Below are positions 60,299-64,000 of a DNA stretch of 64,000 bases, piece after piece. Each line of letters opens with the position of its first letter. Within the stretch, counting starts at the first letter, position 1. A program made the translations under genes and the position numbers. The notes under the pieces are model-generated. The model had not been told where the DNA came from and made no database searches. It worked only from the letters and a program-made list of their open reading frames with translations. Origin of the DNA: Thermococcus sp. JdFR-02 (GTDB taxonomy: Archaea; Methanobacteriota_B; Thermococci; Thermococcales; Thermococcaceae); the NCBI GenBank assembly GCA_002009975.1, contig MTLP01000002.1, positions 34,795 through 98,794 of the forward strand, given 5' to 3'.

Positions 60299-62233
60299 AT
60301 GAAATTTGCTCCTCTCCTCTTAATTTTTGTAATTTTAGTTGCAGGATGCATCCAAGAAACCCCTTCTTCAACCTTTTCCTCATCCCCCTCTAAAACTCCT
60401 GAAGTAGCTTCTACACAAACTCCCTTAAAAACGAGTGAAACTCCAACACAAACGAAAACACATGAAACACCAACCCCAACCACTACTACAAAAGTTTTTT
60501 ACACCCCTAAACTTTTCATACAGCCCCAAAACATAAGTGTAGAAATTAAACTTGGTGAGTCTTTCATGGGTAAAATATTAATAACAAACAAGGGAAATGG
60601 CACAGCACACGTAAATGTGACATCAACCGAACATATCCACCAAATAACTCCAAGAAACCTTATCCTTAAACCACAGACCTCACAAAATATTTCGTTTGAC
60701 ATTTTAATCTCCAACATTGGTACATATAATGCAACATTGGTCTTTACTTATGAAGAGGGCATAATTGAAGTCCCAGTTACAATAATAGTAAAACCCCCAC
60801 TAGCCAATTTAACCAACCAATCTCAAATTGCTCCCCAAAATCAAACCATCGAGATGAATCTAACTTTCACTATACCCACATATCCCATGGCAAAGATTAT
60901 CACGATTCCTGAGAATCTCTGGTCCGAAATGGGTATTCCTGTCGAAGCTGAGCGTCGCGCGTATATTACCAATGCAAGTGTAGACGAGCTAACCAAATGG
61001 TATGAGCAACAAATGAGTGAATGGAAGCTTGAGAAGGATATAGGTCATCATGATCCTATGCAAGGGGTAGATTTTGTATGGAGATTATATAAGAGAAATG
61101 ATTATGGTGCTGTTTTATTCTTCCAGTCAGGACCACAAATACCAAAAGGCTCAGTATTTGGAATTGCAACTGGCTCATGGAATATATTTGAAAATCTTAC
61201 ACCAGCATTCGAAGAACATGTAGAGTACACAGAGGAAAAACCACCCTTTGCCAATCTACCAGAATTAGGAGAAGGAGCAGTAACGTTTGAGGTATCACCA
61301 ATAGACTTTGATGCCATAGAGAGAGTTGAACCCTTAGGGAGATTAAATGCTCCTATGGGACATGTGTTTCCTACTGAACATGGAGGTTTTATTCTAAAAG
61401 ATCCATCTTCCTTCTATGAGATTAGAGCACCTGCTGATGGTATAATAATAGAAATCGAATTTAGCCCGAAATCCGAAGAGTATAGAATTACTATCGCACA
61501 TTCAAGGACCTTCAGCAGTATTTTTGACCACATAACAAAACTGAGCGACTCCATTGCTCAGTTATTGGCTCAGCAGGGATATGAGTTCAAACCCAATACC
61601 TATCGTATTAAGATACCAATCAAAGCAGGTGATGTTATTGGGTTAGTTGGTGGTCATCCAGATGTTGTAGTTGGGTTTGATTGGGGCGTTTATGACAAGG
61701 AGGTTACAAACAACTTCATACATCCAGAAAAATATGATAACAAGTATTTACATGCAACACACTTTATTAATTACTGCAGTGAGGATTTAAAGCGAAAATT
61801 CCTTGCCAAACTACCAAGAACCGCTGAACCGGTCGTAGGAAAGATTGATTATGATCAACCAGGCAAATTGGTTGGAAATTGGATTCTTGAAGAGACAACT
61901 AAATCCGAAGCAATAGAGGAGTGGAGAAAACACCTCTCGTTTGTCTACGACTATCTCGATCCTACCCAAATAAGAATAGGAATAGGAGGCTTTTTAACTC
62001 CAAAACCGGGAACCTATGCTGTCTATGGCAACACACCAGATCCAGCGGATGTTGGCATTGAAAGTGGGAAAGTTGTGTACTGGCTCTACGGTGATCCTGA
62101 ACTGAACCCAGATCTACCAAAAATCACTCTTATAGTCGAGCTAATAAGCGAGGAAAAAATAAAAGTCGAAGTCTTTGAAGGCTGGATAAATAACCCAGAT
62201 TTCACTGAAAATGCACTATATTACACAAGATAA
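60299..62233 (+). CDS. Surface lipoprotein: S/T/P linker, Ig-like domain, C-terminal M23-like fold
   Basis: LVAGC lipobox; Thr/Pro-rich linker; RAPADG and IKAGDVIG motifs. Confidence 0.65.
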   Translation: MKFAPLLLIFVILVAGCIQETPSSTFSSSPSKTPEVASTQTPLKTSETPTQTKTHETPTPTTTTKVFYTPKLFIQPQNISVEIKLGESFMGKILITNKGNGTAHVNVTSTEHIHQITPRNLILKPQTSQNISFDILISNIGTYNATLVFTYEEGIIEVPVTIIVKPPLANLTNQSQIAPQNQTIEMNLTFTIPTYPMAKIITIPENLWSEMGIPVEAERRAYITNASVDELTKWYEQQMSEWKLEKDIGHHDPMQGVDFVWRLYKRNDYGAVLFFQSGPQIPKGSVFGIATGSWNIFENLTPAFEEHVEYTEEKPPFANLPELGEGAVTFEVSPIDFDAIERVEPLGRLNAPMGHVFPTEHGGFILKDPSSFYEIRAPADGIIIEIEFSPKSEEYRITIAHSRTFSSIFDHITKLSDSIAQLLAQQGYEFKPNTYRIKIPIKAGDVIGLVGGHPDVVVGFDWGVYDKEVTNNFIHPEKYDNKYLHATHFINYCSEDLKRKFLAKLPRTAEPVVGKIDYDQPGKLVGNWILEETTKSEAIEEWRKHLSFVYDYLDPTQIRIGIGGFLTPKPGTYAVYGNTPDPADVGIESGKVVYWLYGDPELNPDLPKITLIVELISEEKIKVEVFEGWINNPDFTENALYYTR

Positions 62234-62347
62234 CCATTCACTCAACGTGAATCTTTTATTTTTCTTTTACCTAATTCCAAGATGAGTACATCTTTTGATG
62301 TTCTAGCAGTAACAATATAATGGCGAAAAATTTATAAAGGTTAATAT

Positions 62348-62370
62348 TTTAGTAACTATTGGTAACCAAA
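62348..62370. promoter_or_regulatory. Phr heat-shock repressor operator
   Basis: TTTAGTAAC-TATTG-GTAACCAAA fits TTTnnTnnC-N5-GnnAnnAAA, just downstream of TTTATAAA. Confidence 0.75.
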
Positions 62371-62380
62371 ATATAGGGAG

Positions 62381-62893
62381 GTGGTCCCGGTGAGAAAACC
62401 AAGAAGATTTGATATCTGGGACCCCTTTGACATAATGAGAGAGATACAAGAGGAGATAGATGAGATATTTAATGAATTCTTCAGAGGTCCCAGAATTTGG
62501 GGATATAGAAGATACCGCCCAATAAGTGAGACTTTCGAAGAGAGAATCGGCGAAGTTTGGAGAGAGCCATTCGTTGATATATTTGACACTGGGGAAGAGA
62601 TAGTCATTACTGCAGAATTACCAGGAGTGAGAAAAGAAGACATCAGGGTGAACGTTAAAGAGGATACAGTATACATCGAAGCTCAAGTTAAGAGAGAGCA
62701 AGAAATAGAAAGGGAAGGTGCAGTAAGAATTGAAAGATACTACAGCGGCTACAGAAGAGTGATTAGACTTCCAGCGGAAGTCATTCCAGAAAAGGCTAAA
62801 GCTAAATACAACAATGGCGTTTTAGAAATTAGAATTCCAAAGAAGCATCCAACAAAGAGAGAAAAAGAGGGATTTGAGGTTAAAGTTGAGTGA
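62381..62893 (+). CDS. Small heat shock protein Hsp20
   Basis: EPFVDIFD, AELPGV.KEDI, AKYNNGVLEI. Confidence 0.93.
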   Translation: MVPVRKPRRFDIWDPFDIMREIQEEIDEIFNEFFRGPRIWGYRRYRPISETFEERIGEVWREPFVDIFDTGEEIVITAELPGVRKEDIRVNVKEDTVYIEAQVKREQEIEREGAVRIERYYSGYRRVIRLPAEVIPEKAKAKYNNGVLEIRIPKKHPTKREKEGFEVKVE

Positions 62894-62972
62894 AGTTTTT
62901 AACTTCGTTTTCTTAATTTTTAATTAAGATAAAATCAGACTGACATCACTTTCATAATTAGGAGGTGAGGTT

Positions 62973-64000
62973 ATGACAGATAAAAGAAAAGAAGTTAAGC
63001 TTAAAGTTGCTTCTGCTTATCAAAGGGATGTTGGTAGGGGAATCGTAAGAATAGATAGCAAAACGATGAGGGCATTGAATGTTGATCAGGGCGATGTTGT
63101 GGAGATTATTGGGACAAAAAACACGGCAGCAATTGTTTGGAGAGCTTATCCAGAAGATGAAGGATTAGACATCATAAGGATGGATGGTACAATAAGAAGG
63201 AATGCTGGAGTTAGCTTAGGAGACGAAGTTATTGTGAGAAAAGCTGAAGTTAAAGAGGCAAAAAAGGTTGTAGTGGCACCAACTGAACCAATAATGTTTG
63301 GTGGAGATTTCGTTGAGTGGTTACACTCAAGATTGGTTGGAAGACCAGTTGTTAAGGGAGATTACATCAAAGTTGGCGTTTTAGGACAAGAGCTAACTTT
63401 CGTAGTCACAGCGACAATGCCTTCTGGAATAGTTCAAATTACAGAATTTACAGACTTCCAAATCTCTGAAAAGCCAGTGAAAGAAGTTGAGAAGGCAGCA
63501 GCATTAGGAGTTACTTATGAGGATATAGGTGGTTTAAAAGATGTTATTCAAAAGATCAGAGAAATGATTGAGTTGCCTTTGAAGCATCCGGAGCTTTTTG
63601 AAAAGCTGGGTATTGAGCCTCCTAAGGGTGTTTTGTTGTATGGTCCGCCTGGGACTGGTAAGACTCTTTTAGCTAAGGCTGTTGCTAATGAAGCTAATGC
63701 CCACTTTATAGCAATAAACGGCCCAGAAATAATGAGCAAATACTATGGAGAGAGTGAGGAAAGGCTAAGACAAATCTTTAAAGAGGCTGAGGAGAGTGCT
63801 CCGAGTATTATTTTTATTGATGAGGTTGATGCTATTGCGCCGAAGAGGGAGGAGGTTACTGGGGAGGTTGAGAAGAGGGTTGTTAGTCAGCTTTTGACTT
63901 TGATGGATGGTTTGAAGTCGAGGGGTAAGGTTATTGTTATTGCTGCGACTAATAGGCCTGATGCTTTGGATCCTGCTTTGAGAAGACCCGGGCGTTTTGA
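62973..64000 (+). CDS. cdc48: Cdc48/VAT AAA+ ATPase, 5' part (runs off window; not in ORF track)
   Basis: [42 protein letters not shown]. Confidence 0.93.
   Translation, partial: MTDKRKEVKLKVASAYQRDVGRGIVRIDSKTMRALNVDQGDVVEIIGTKNTAAIVWRAYPEDEGLDIIRMDGTIRRNAGVSLGDEVIVRKAEVKEAKKVVVAPTEPIMFGGDFVEWLHSRLVGRPVVKGDYIKVGVLGQELTFVVTATMPSGIVQITEFTDFQISEKPVKEVEKAAALGVTYEDIGGLKDVIQKIREMIELPLKHPELFEKLGIEPPKGVLLYGPPGTGKTLLAKAVANEANAHFIAINGPEIMSKYYGESEERLRQIFKEAEESAPSIIFIDEVDAIAPKREEVTGEVEKRVVSQLLTLMDGLKSRGKVIVIAATNRPDALDPALRRPGRF

Noticed and set aside
3365-63739. Many short ORFs antisense to or nested in identified genes
   Set aside because: Shadow frames lacking RBS and motifs.
1-64000. CRISPR arrays, rRNA, IS transposases, C/D box sRNAs, dif site
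   Set aside because: None recognised by eye; short sRNAs or a dif site could be missed without covariance or motif searches.

Overview
Thermococcales-type archaeal chromosome segment (ADP-PFK, ADP-forming acetate-CoA ligase, di-myo-inositol-phosphate pathway, XerA, cdrS-ftsZ-parA, Hsp20-Cdc48; GGTGA/GGAGG RBSs and BRE-TATA promoters). Most of it is housekeeping, with two accessory regions. (1) A ~2.3 kb nuclease islet (15.5-17.9 kb) holds a PD-(D/E)xK-type protein and a double-HNH gene broken by a 10-bp tandem duplication. (2) A 14.8 kb integrated element (45212-60065) is bounded by 48-bp direct repeats equal to the 5' part of tRNA-Gly(TCC). It carries a split SSV1-type tyrosine integrase (rejoins in frame to 418 aa), an AbrB-like regulator with tandem operators, an MCM helicase, many small membrane proteins, a PIN toxin-antitoxin pair and an oppositely oriented cargo cassette. 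The cassette's lead gene fuses a catalytically degenerate dNTPase-type HD domain to a PD-(D/E)xK nuclease-like domain and is followed by a frameshifted transglutaminase-like gene and a decayed nuclease; this is the best candidate for an undescribed defence system. Integration split a tRNA-Phe/tRNA-Gly pair, so the intact tRNA-Gly now sits behind the integrase promoter and the host tRNA promoter faces the catalytic integrase fragment. All calls are from manual motif reading; no database searches were run.
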